From assembly GCA_002435715.1 (NCBI GenBank), contig DISD01000050.1, positions 38,850 through 102,849 on the forward strand: 64,000 nt of DNA. The letters run 5' to 3'. Below the pieces are notes generated by a model, which was not told where the DNA came from, searched no databases, and was given only the letters and a program-made list of their open reading frames with translations. Origin of the DNA: Rhodospirillaceae bacterium UBA6219 (GTDB taxonomy: Bacteria; Pseudomonadota; Alphaproteobacteria; Rhodospirillales; Magnetospirillaceae). The position numbers and the translations under genes were made by a program. Every line of letters starts with the position of its first letter. Position 1 is the first letter of the stretch. Below, one piece after another: positions 56,709 through 64,000 of this stretch.

Positions 56709-57652
56709 TGACCTGTTCCCCTGATTGATCCCGGTCAGAGGTGGAATCCTGTCTCCCTGTGATGCCCGAAATGGGCGGTGATGGCAATGTGGGCCGGGGC
56801 ATGGCTGACCGAGCAAAACAGCGTCTCGTTGAGGCATTCATCGCGGAGCTTGCCGTTGAAGCTCTCGACGAAGCCGTTCTGCATGGGCTTTCCCGGTGCG
56901 ATGTAGTGCCATTCCACCCGATGATCCTGGCTCCGTCGCTGACGATCATCAGCGGCTTGCCGCGCCGGGCGACCAGGACGTCCAATTCCCGGGCGATACG
57001 GACACCGGACAGCGAGGTGTCGGCGACCAGCGCCAAGCACTCGCGGGTAAAATCATCCACCACGGCAAAGATGCGGAACCGGCGGCCATCGGTGAAGGCG
57101 TCGGACAGGAAGTCCAGCGACCACCGTTGGTTCGGTCCCTGCGGAATCGCCATTGGGGCCCGGCTGCCCAGGGCTCGCTTGCGGCCACGTCTTGGACGCA
57201 CTGCCAGTTTCTCCTCGCGGTACAGCCGCAGCAGCTTCTTGCGTTTCATCACCATGCCTTCCCTGGATAGCAGGATGCCAAAACGCCGAAAGCCAAACCG
57301 CCGACGCTCCGCCGCCAGTTCGCGCAACCGCGCCCGGATCGGCGCGTCGTCGGGACGACACGACCGAGACCGCATCACCCCCCCGGGAAATTCCAACCAT
57401 CAAGCACGCCCGACGCTCGCTCAGTCCGAATCGCTCGCGGACATGAGCGACGACGATCCGCCCGGCGGTGGGCGTCACCATTTTTTTGAGGAAATCTCTT
57501 TCAGAACGGCATTGTCGAGTATGGCCTCGGCTAGCAGCTTCTTCAGCATGCCGATGATCTGTTCGTCACTGAACCGACTGCGCTTCATAAGTCCGTCTCC
57601 CTGATGGAACGGACACTACCTCAAAGCGGGTGCAGTTGCGGGGAACAGGTCA
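56709..57652 (-). mobile_element. Decayed IS3-family (IS407-group-like) insertion sequence
   Basis: 13-bp perfect terminal inverted repeats: tgacctgttcccc at 56709-56721 and its reverse complement at 57640-57652. The interior encodes recognisable but broken OrfA/OrfB. Confidence 0.8.
56735..57588 (-). pseudogene. IS3-family transposase orfAB, internally deleted and multiply frameshifted
   Basis: OrfA is reduced to MKRSRFSDEQIIGMLKKLLAEAILDNAVLKEISSKKW. OrfB pieces lie in three frames: VAHVRERFGLSERRACLMVG; [42 protein letters not shown]; [34 protein letters not shown]. Confidence 0.8.
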
Positions 57653-57783
57653 CGCTGTCAATGACGGGCTATGGGGCGAATTGGCCGAAGGCACGGATGC
57701 CCTGTCCCCTCTGGCGGAACGCGAAGGCTTTGTGCCACCGGATGGACCATCGCCTTGGCAGCCCCCGTTGACACGAATTAGCG

Positions 57784-58347
57784 TCAGAGATCGATAATTC
57801 GGATGCTTGATTCGAACTGGGCTTTCGGCCCGAAATTCTGGCGCTCGGCGAAGAAGTGCAAATCTCCACCAATAACGACCGGTATAGCATAGCACTTGGA
57901 CCAGCAATTATAATTTTGTGAAAAGAAACATGAATGAACGGCAGTGAAATCGCCTGAGCACAATCTTTTTATATTTTTATTCCATAGGTCATTGTAGGCA
58001 GTGTCGCCTCGCAACTTGCGGGCATCTTGTCCGATGACCTCGGATCTGTCCATTTTATGCTCGAATCCGGGTACCAGGATGATGTCGAGGATGATGCTCC
58101 GGCGGTTCAACAGGGTCTTGGCGCCAAAGGGCGACGCCATCAAGCTTCGGATGTCGCATTCCACGCGGGAACCGAATTTCCACATCACATCACGCAGTTT
58201 CTTGCGCCGCGACAGGTCGGGTTCGTTCAGCCCTCTTTCCCAGCGCGACACCGTACCTTGGTCCACATTCAGCATTTCCGCCAACGCGGCCTGTTTCAGT
58301 CCGTGATAGTGACGCAGCAAGCGCAGTTGGGATTTCCATTCATTCAT
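57784..58347 (-). CDS. XRE-type HTH protein with a PAS-like C-terminal domain
   Basis: 187 aa from the ATG at 58347. HTH region LKQAALAEMLNVDQGTVSRWERG. The C-terminus has a PAS-like pattern SIILDIILVPGFEHKMDRSEVIGQDARKL. Low-GC codon usage. Confidence 0.6.
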   Translation of the reverse strand: MNEWKSQLRLLRHYHGLKQAALAEMLNVDQGTVSRWERGLNEPDLSRRKKLRDVMWKFGSRVECDIRSLMASPFGAKTLLNRRSIILDIILVPGFEHKMDRSEVIGQDARKLRGDTAYNDLWNKNIKRLCSGDFTAVHSCFFSQNYNCWSKCYAIPVVIGGDLHFFAERQNFGPKAQFESSIRIIDL

Positions 58348-59243
58348 GTGCGTTTGGCCACATAGAGAGAGGACGCGGAGATCAGCAGACCGCCCATGGC
58401 GACGTTCCAAGACAGAGTTTCGCCAAATATCGCCCATCCGATCAAGGTGGAAACGAAAATACCCATATTGTCCACAGGGCTGACCACCGATGCGGGCGCC
58501 AGGGAAAAAGCCTTGGCTGCCGCCAGCATGGCCAATCCGCCAGAAATGCCTCCGGCCGCGATGACCGCCAGTTCTGACATCTGAAGTGTCCGCCATACCG
58601 AATAGGCGGGGCCTGCCGATAACAGCGCGAAGGCCAACTGGGTATAGGCGGCGATGGTCAAGGGAGCGTTGTCGGCGGTCAACGCCTTGACCGCGATCTG
58701 CGATCCGGAGGAAAGCAAGGCCGCTGCCACTGCCGCCAGCAGCCCCAATGACCAGCCATCCCAGCGATCCGGGGCGACGATCAGCAATATCCCAAGAAAT
58801 CCCGTCGTCATGGCCAGCCAACGGCGCATGACCACGGACTCGCCCAGGGCTAAATGGGCCAATCCGGTCAACGAGAATATGCGGGCATGGAAGATGATGG
58901 CGACCGCCGCCAAGGCCGCATTCGCATTGGCGTAGAGCAGGAAAAACCCCGCAAGAAAACCAAGTCCGACGCGAAGGGTGAAAATCCGCCCTCTTCGCAG
59001 GCGGTGCGGCCCCGTCACGGCAAAGGCGACAGCGAAGAAAATAGCCGCCATGGCGTTGCGCAGAAACAGCACCTGAAGCGGATCCAGCGCCAAGCTGGCA
59101 TGCTTCAGAAACGCAAGTTGGCAGGAAAAAGCGAAAACGGACCCCAACATGTACAGCCCGCCAATGACCTGGCGATTCACCGCCGTGCCCTCCACCTTCC
59201 CGCTCCAAGACGACAGGCTGACGAGAGAAGGGCTGCGGGTCAA
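58344..59243 (-). CDS. EamA/DMT-family transporter
   Basis: 299 aa with about 10 TM segments. The stop overlaps the downstream ATG (ATGA). Confidence 0.75.
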   Translation of the reverse strand: MTRSPSLVSLSSWSGKVEGTAVNRQVIGGLYMLGSVFAFSCQLAFLKHASLALDPLQVLFLRNAMAAIFFAVAFAVTGPHRLRRGRIFTLRVGLGFLAGFFLLYANANAALAAVAIIFHARIFSLTGLAHLALGESVVMRRWLAMTTGFLGILLIVAPDRWDGWSLGLLAAVAAALLSSGSQIAVKALTADNAPLTIAAYTQLAFALLSAGPAYSVWRTLQMSELAVIAAGGISGGLAMLAAAKAFSLAPASVVSPVDNMGIFVSTLIGWAIFGETLSWNVAMGGLLISASSLYVAKRT

Positions 59244-59258
59244 GTCATCTTGGCCGGT

Positions 59259-59483
59259 TTACTCATCCAATTCCGAATCCTTGGTCAGGTCGACAGCGAC
59301 CCAACCCTTGGTCACCGAAATTGCAACGGCATGGGTGATGTTTGTCGCACCAAGCTTTTTCTTCGCATTCTCGATATGAAAGATGACGGTGGATTCGGAA
59401 ATATCGAGGATCTGCGCGGTTTCCCAGGCTGTCTTGCCATTGGCGAACCACGACAGGCATTCCGTTTCCCGTTTACTCAGCAT
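59259..59483 (-). CDS. LuxR/GerE-type HTH domain only (quorum-sensing LuxR C-terminal type)
   Basis: 74 aa from the ATG at 59483: MLSKRETECLSWFANGKTAWETAQILDISESTVIFHIENAKKKLGA. No autoinducer-binding or receiver domain is attached. Confidence 0.65.
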   Translation of the reverse strand: MLSKRETECLSWFANGKTAWETAQILDISESTVIFHIENAKKKLGATNITHAVAISVTKGWVAVDLTKDSELDE

Positions 59484-59614
59484 CGGCCCCACCTCCTTCC
59501 CGTATCCCAAGGGAAGTTTATTGATGGCGAGGGCGGAGGTATCCGGCACAAATATGCAAGTGCACACTCTGTAGCCTATGTTTTAAAGAAAATATCTCTC
59601 ATAGGTTGTCAACG

Positions 59615-59992
59615 CTAAATGCCGACAAGGCAGTCCATGATGGCGCAAAGGTTGCCCTTCGGCAGCGTTCCATTCATGCCCGCAGCAAGGTTTTCCTGGA
59701 AAGTTCCCGACGATGAGCGACCGCTATGGGCGAAGATCGGCACGCATCCCCGTTGACCGGGAAGGGCGCGGATGGCGCGGGTTGCCTCTCGGCCATTCAT
59801 CACCGGCATGTCGATATCCATGATAATGGCTAGTAAATCGCTGGTTTCGGCAATCTCCACCGCCTTTGCACCGTTTTCCGCTGTGACGGTGCCATATCCG
59901 CATTCAGATAAGAAGTCGGAGATAATCTCACGCAGGGTTGCGTCATCATCAACAATCATGATTGTCACCACGTCTTCCCCCCACCTTGGCAT
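59615..59992 (-). CDS. Single-domain response-regulator receiver
   Basis: 125 aa. Acidic pocket IMIVDDD and phospho-Asp context LAIIMDIDMPVMNG. Confidence 0.75.
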   Translation of the reverse strand: MPRWGEDVVTIMIVDDDATLREIISDFLSECGYGTVTAENGAKAVEIAETSDLLAIIMDIDMPVMNGREATRAIRALPGQRGCVPIFAHSGRSSSGTFQENLAAGMNGTLPKGNLCAIMDCLVGI

Positions 59993-60230
59993 TTATTCAT
60001 GCCCGGCATTCTGAAAACATCGCAGTGATGGGAAAAGTCCTAAGATCTTATAGGGAATACTGTGCGTATCCAGGCGGTTTAGCATGAAACCTATAAGATG
60101 TTTGAGGTGTCAAGGATTGGGTTGAGCCGCTACCCTTCTGATCCACTATCAAGTTTGCGACGTGCGTCACGTGATTACGCACAGATGTCGTGACCGGAGG
60201 GGGGAAAGCTTGCGGAACCCGCGATACAGG

Positions 60231-60572
60231 TCAGCGCTTGCGTTGAGCGAAGACTTCCAGCATTTGCAGCGCCGTTTCCAGATCCGAATCGGAAAAGGTG
60301 TGCAGCATATGGGTCAGCCTTGCCTCGTTCCGCAGGCGAGCCGGGCTGATGGGGCGGCCGGCCCCAAGAACCAGCACGTCCAACGAACAGCCCAGTGCGG
60401 CCGCGATGTCGTGCAGGGTTTCCAGACTGGGGGGGTTCTTGCCCCGCTCGATGTTGGACACCGTTTCGGTGGTGCGGTTGACGCGTTCGGCCAAGTCCTC
60501 TTGGGTCAGCCCGCAAGCAAGGCGGGCCGTCCGCACGTTTTGTCCGACGGCTTGTTTCAAGGCGATGACCAT
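60231..60572 (-). CDS. XRE-family HTH regulator
   Basis: 113 aa from the ATG at 60572. HTH region LTQEDLAERVNRTTETVSNIERG. Divergent from the adhesin gene. The track ORF extends to 60647. Confidence 0.7.
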   Translation of the reverse strand: MVIALKQAVGQNVRTARLACGLTQEDLAERVNRTTETVSNIERGKNPPSLETLHDIAAALGCSLDVLVLGAGRPISPARLRNEARLTHMLHTFSDSDLETALQMLEVFAQRKR

Positions 60573-60708
60573 GAGCGGCAGTTTGAGGGCACACCGCACG
60601 CCGCGCCACGAAATATGATTCATTTTGTCGCTTGATAACAATAACATGCTTCGTTACCACCAATACGATATGCCCCGACGTGACACAGGGCTCACAAGGA
60701 GAGGGAAG

Positions 60709-63700
60709 ATGAAGGCCAAGCGCAATCCCACCGGCAAGAAGGCCCGCCCCACCATCCTGGCCCTTGAACCGCGCCTCATGTTCGACGGCGCCGCCGTGGC
60801 GGACATCGTCCAACAGGCGGCCGATGCGACCGATACTACCGCCACCGCCGACACAAGCCACGATTCCACCGCCCCGGTGGTGGTGCGCACGGTCGACCCC
60901 GCCGCCAATGACGGCAAGAAGGAAGTGGCCTTCGTCGATACCGGCGTGGCCGATTACCAGACCCTGGTGGACGGTGTCCGTGCGGGCGTGGAAGTGGTGT
61001 TGATCGATGCCGGTCAAAGTGGTCTGGCGCAGATGGCCAAATGGGCTGAAACCCATTCCGGTTACAATGCCATCCATGTGCTGAGCCACGGTTCCGAGGG
61101 GACCCTGCACATTGGCGCCGATTCCATCACCAGCGCCAACCTGTCCGATGCCGTGATCAGCGCAGAATTGTCCGTTCTGGGCAACGCCCTGACGGCAGAT
61201 GGCGATCTGCTGATTTATGGGTGTTCCGTTGCTTTCGGTGAGACGGGGGCGCGCTTTTTGCAAGAACTTGGCGCCGCCCTGAATGACGCCGATGTCGCGG
61301 CCTCGGCTGATGTCACGGGTTCCGAGGCGCTTGGCGGGAACTGGATTCTTGAAATCAAGAACGGACCGGTCAGCGCTGAAGCTCTCAGCTATGACGACTA
61401 TACCGGCAGCTTGGCAAATCCTACGGTTTGGCAATGGCCATCGGCCAGCCAAGTTAGCTCTGGCGACATGATTTCGGCGATCCCGCAATATGGTTTTTTT
61501 ATTCGGCCGGATGGCACGACCTCGACCATCAACCAGCTTCCGGCAAACCAATACTTTGCGTTTAATTTACAGAATAGCGGTAGTTCCGGGTATTTTGAGT
61601 ATAGTACAGATAATGGTTCAAACTGGACCACGCTATTGGGAAGTTATGGAAACTCCGCTCCAGCAGGGTCCTGGATTCGATTCCATTCGACCGCGGGGAC
61701 GAATACTCAAGTTGATTATGGTGCTATCACGTTCGCCCAGCCGGGCAATATCTATAACTCTGGAAAGTACAATGGTAGCGGTTTCAAGGTGGTTATTGAT
61801 AGCGCGCCAACCGACATCACGCATTCTAGCGGCACTACCATTGTCGTTTCCGATACCCCGGATGGCGGCGTCATTACGACGTTCACTCCCGTCGATACCG
61901 GCGCAGCCTACGGCGGATACTGGAGCATTGATAGCCAGTCACACCCCGGCTTGTTTGGCATCAGCTTTGACAGTTCATCCGGAAACACCGCGTCACTGAC
62001 ATTACCTTCCGCCGCAAACCTGCCTGCCGACGGAACAACTGTTTCCGTTACGGTTCGGTACTACGATGCCCTTCAGACCGACCTTACCGGAGCCCCCATC
62101 AACGGCCAGGGATACGCGAAGACATTCGAGTTTACGGTGAAGGGAGCTTCACAGGATCTCGCGGATTTTGGCAATGACATTGCCGTCAACGACTTGACAG
62201 GCGATGTCAGCGATCAAAAAGTCCCGGCGATCACCACTTTGACGAATGGAGACTTCGTCGTTTCCTGGCATGACGAAACCAACGGGGGGGTCTATGTCCA
62301 GAAGTACGACGCCACCGGCGCGGCACAAGGAACGGCAATATCCGTAGCGACGGGCACCAGCTACCAGCCCAGCGTTGTCGGCTTGGCTGGCGGCAAGTTC
62401 GCGGTGGTTTATGCAAGCGATGCGGGGGATTCGCACTACGACATTCTTTGCCGGATCGTGGCGGCTGACGGCACGGTCGGCAGCGCCTTCACCATTGACG
62501 ACAATGGCGGCGCTTCGGCGTGGGATACGGCTAGTGTCATCAGCATCGCCGCGTCGGCGGATAAAACAAGCTTCACGGTTTCGTGGAATCGCGACGATTA
62601 TGCAACCCTGAAGGTGGCGACGTTCTCGGATGCCGGTGTTCAGCAGGGCTCGACCACCACCCTGGGACATACAGGTTTTAAACCGACGACGGTCATACTC
62701 AGCGATGGCACGGTGGTTATCGCAAACATCGACGCAAATAACTGGGAGGGCATCAACCTGACGCTGGGTGGATCGGTGATCCAGTCCACTTTGGATACCC
62801 CGATCAGCACTGCCAACGACACTATCGGCCTTGCTGCCTTGACCGGCGGCGGTTTTGTCATGGCGTGGGGGGCTGGCGATGGCTCTCATATTTACGCTCA
62901 GGTATTCGACGCCAGTGGAGCCACGGTGTCATCGATCCTGCAGGTCGATACGACGGGAACGTCCATGGCGCTGCCGAAAGTCACCGCCTTGACGGATGGC
63001 GGATTTGCCATCGTCTGGTATACGTCCGGCCTGGACGGATCGGGGACATCCGTGGATGGGCGGCGTTTCACCGCCGATGGCACGCCTGTGGACACCAACG
63101 AGTTCCAGGTTAACCAGTATCGCTATGGCGACCAAAGCACCCCGGTGATCACGTCTTTGGCCAATGGCGGTTTCGCATCCGCCTGGGTCGACTTGGTCGA
63201 GGGCAGAGCCTCGGGTTCCAACATCGAAGCTCGGGTTTTCTCGGTTACCCCCCCTGGCCCCTCCATCACCTCGGCGACCTATAACGCCAGCACCAACGTG
63301 CTGACCGTCACCGGTACCAACCTGACCAATGGCGGCGCCATCGACGAGACCAAGCTGACCCTGACCGGCCAGGGTGGGCAAAGCTACACGCTGACCGAGA
63401 CCGGGGCCATCACCGCTTCCAGCGACACCGAGTTCAGCATTACCCTGAACGCCACCGACGCCATGAACGTGGAAGGGCTGCTGAACAAGGACGGCACCGC
63501 TGCGGTGGACAACACCGCCTTCAACCTTGCGGGGGCGGCGGATTGGTATGGCACCGGCAATGCCGATTTGACCGGCAACGGGGTGACGGTGTCGCAAACC
63601 CAGATTCCGACCATCACCAGTGCCACCTATGATGCCAGTAACGGTCAATTGGTTCTGACCGGCACCAATCTGGTCAAGGCGTCAGGCGTCACCAACGACA

Positions 63701-64000
63701 TCACCGCCAACAAGCTGACCCTGAAGGGGGAAGGTGGGCTGACCTATCAGCTGACTGACACGGCGGATGTCGAGATCACTTCGGCGACCAGCGCCACGCT
63801 GATTTTGTCGGCCACCGACCGCGCGGCCCTGGGGCTGATCTTCAACAAGAACGGTACCGCGTCGACGGGCAACACCACCTATAATGTGGACGCGGCCGAT
63901 GATTGGAACACGGTCATCACCGGCGGCGACATCGCCGATGCCACCGGCAACGGGGTGGATATCAGCAACGTCACCGCCCCCGCCATCACATCCGCCACCT
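60709..64000 (+). CDS. Giant repeat adhesin-like protein, 5' part only (DUF4347 N-terminus, cadherin-like segment, 7-unit propeller-like repeats, Ig-like tandem repeats)
   Basis: Not in the ORF track. I translated frame +1 codon by codon from the ATG at 60709 (RBS aaggagaggg) to 63999 and found no stop, giving 1097 codons. N-terminus MKAKRNPTGKKARPTILALEPRLMFDGAA. DUF4347-like motifs IHVLSHGSEGTLHIG and DLLIYGCSVAFGETG. Confidence 0.88.
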   Translation, partial: MKAKRNPTGKKARPTILALEPRLMFDGAAVADIVQQAADATDTTATADTSHDSTAPVVVRTVDPAANDGKKEVAFVDTGVADYQTLVDGVRAGVEVVLIDAGQSGLAQMAKWAETHSGYNAIHVLSHGSEGTLHIGADSITSANLSDAVISAELSVLGNALTADGDLLIYGCSVAFGETGARFLQELGAALNDADVAASADVTGSEALGGNWILEIKNGPVSAEALSYDDYTGSLANPTVWQWPSASQVSSGDMISAIPQYGFFIRPDGTTSTINQLPANQYFAFNLQNSGSSGYFEYSTDNGSNWTTLLGSYGNSAPAGSWIRFHSTAGTNTQVDYGAITFAQPGNIYNSGKYNGSGFKVVIDSAPTDITHSSGTTIVVSDTPDGGVITTFTPVDTGAAYGGYWSIDSQSHPGLFGISFDSSSGNTASLTLPSAANLPADGTTVSVTVRYYDALQTDLTGAPINGQGYAKTFEFTVKGASQDLADFGNDIAVNDLTGDVSDQKVPAITTLTNGDFVVSWHDETNGGVYVQKYDATGAAQGTAISVATGTSYQPSVVGLAGGKFAVVYASDAGDSHYDILCRIVAADGTVGSAFTIDDNGGASAWDTASVISIAASADKTSFTVSWNRDDYATLKVATFSDAGVQQGSTTTLGHTGFKPTTVILSDGTVVIANIDANNWEGINLTLGGSVIQSTLDTPISTANDTIGLAALTGGGFVMAWGAGDGSHIYAQVFDASGATVSSILQVDTTGTSMALPKVTALTDGGFAIVWYTSGLDGSGTSVDGRRFTADGTPVDTNEFQVNQYRYGDQSTPVITSLANGGFASAWVDLVEGRASGSNIEARVFSVTPPGPSITSATYNASTNVLTVTGTNLTNGGAIDETKLTLTGQGGQSYTLTETGAITASSDTEFSITLNATDAMNVEGLLNKDGTAAVDNTAFNLAGAADWYGTGNADLTGNGVTVSQTQIPTITSATYDASNGQLVLTGTNLVKASGVTNDITANKLTLKGEGGLTYQLTDTADVEITSATSATLILSATDRAALGLIFNKNGTASTGNTTYNVDAADDWNTVITGGDIADATGNGVDISNVTAPAITSAT
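62224..63243 (+). repeat. Seven degenerate 46-56-aa repeats inside the adhesin (beta-propeller-like)
   Basis: Unit anchors PAITTLTNGDFVVSW, PSVVGLAGGKFAVVY, ASVISIAASADKTSFTVSW, PTTVILSDGTVVIAN, IGLAALTGGGFVMAW, PKVTALTDGGFAIVW and PVITSLANGGFASAW, at 62224, 62368, 62527, 62683, 62821, 62974 and 63142. Confidence 0.7.
63265..64000 (+). repeat. Tandem 116-124-aa repeats inside the adhesin
   Basis: Units start ITSATYNASTNVLTVTGTNL (63265), ITSATYDASNGQLVLTGTNL (63613) and ITSAT... (63985). They continue beyond the window. Confidence 0.8.

Noticed and set aside
57784-59208. 474-aa ORF read as a single gene
   Set aside because: The N-terminal two thirds overlap the EamA transporter gene in a different frame. 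Only the C-terminal 187 aa, from the ATG at 58347, have an HTH and coherent low-GC codon usage.
60175-61551. 458-aa minus-strand ORF
   Set aside because: It overlaps the XRE regulator gene in another frame and lies antisense to the DUF4347 N-terminus of the adhesin. The plus-strand frame has strong family motifs and a proper RBS.

Overview
High-GC, densely coding chromosomal segment with about 60 protein genes. I see no rRNA, tRNA or CRISPR. Gene content looks like a free-living alphaproteobacterium of the Rhodospirillales type, possibly Magnetospirillum-like; that is a guess from protein families and composition and cannot be verified here. Signal transduction dominates: five histidine kinases (two hybrid), an MCP preceded by a separately encoded Aer-type PAS protein, a PAS-GGDEF-EAL protein, an HsbR/HsbA-like partner-switching pair, an ECF sigma factor with a CMD-family partner, and many small HTH or receiver proteins. 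Housekeeping blocks are apt/GT9/gmk/yicC, suhB/efp, epmB/epmA and yciB. Accessory content: (1) a MntA/HepT toxin-antitoxin pair translationally coupled to an SDR gene and followed by a signal-peptide WD40-Ig-caspase protein; (2) a MotA/MotB-like stator pair with coiled-coil extensions plus an OmpA-like Pro/Ala/Lys-rich protein, with no flagellar, Tol or TonB context; (3) two tandem, internally duplicated lipoproteins of a family I do not recognise; (4) a decayed IS3-family element (56709-57652) bordering a low-GC regulatory islet; (5) a very large DUF4347-type repeat adhesin ORF from 60709 to beyond 64000. The adhesin ORF is absent from the supplied ORF track because it has no stop codon in the window. 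Most long track ORFs lying antisense to recognisable genes are high-GC shadow ORFs and are rejected. My best candidates for an undescribed system are the stator-like triad (25945-29415), the WD40-caspase locus (17733-23754) and the duplicated lipoprotein pair (49661-51925). None can be proven novel without database searches.
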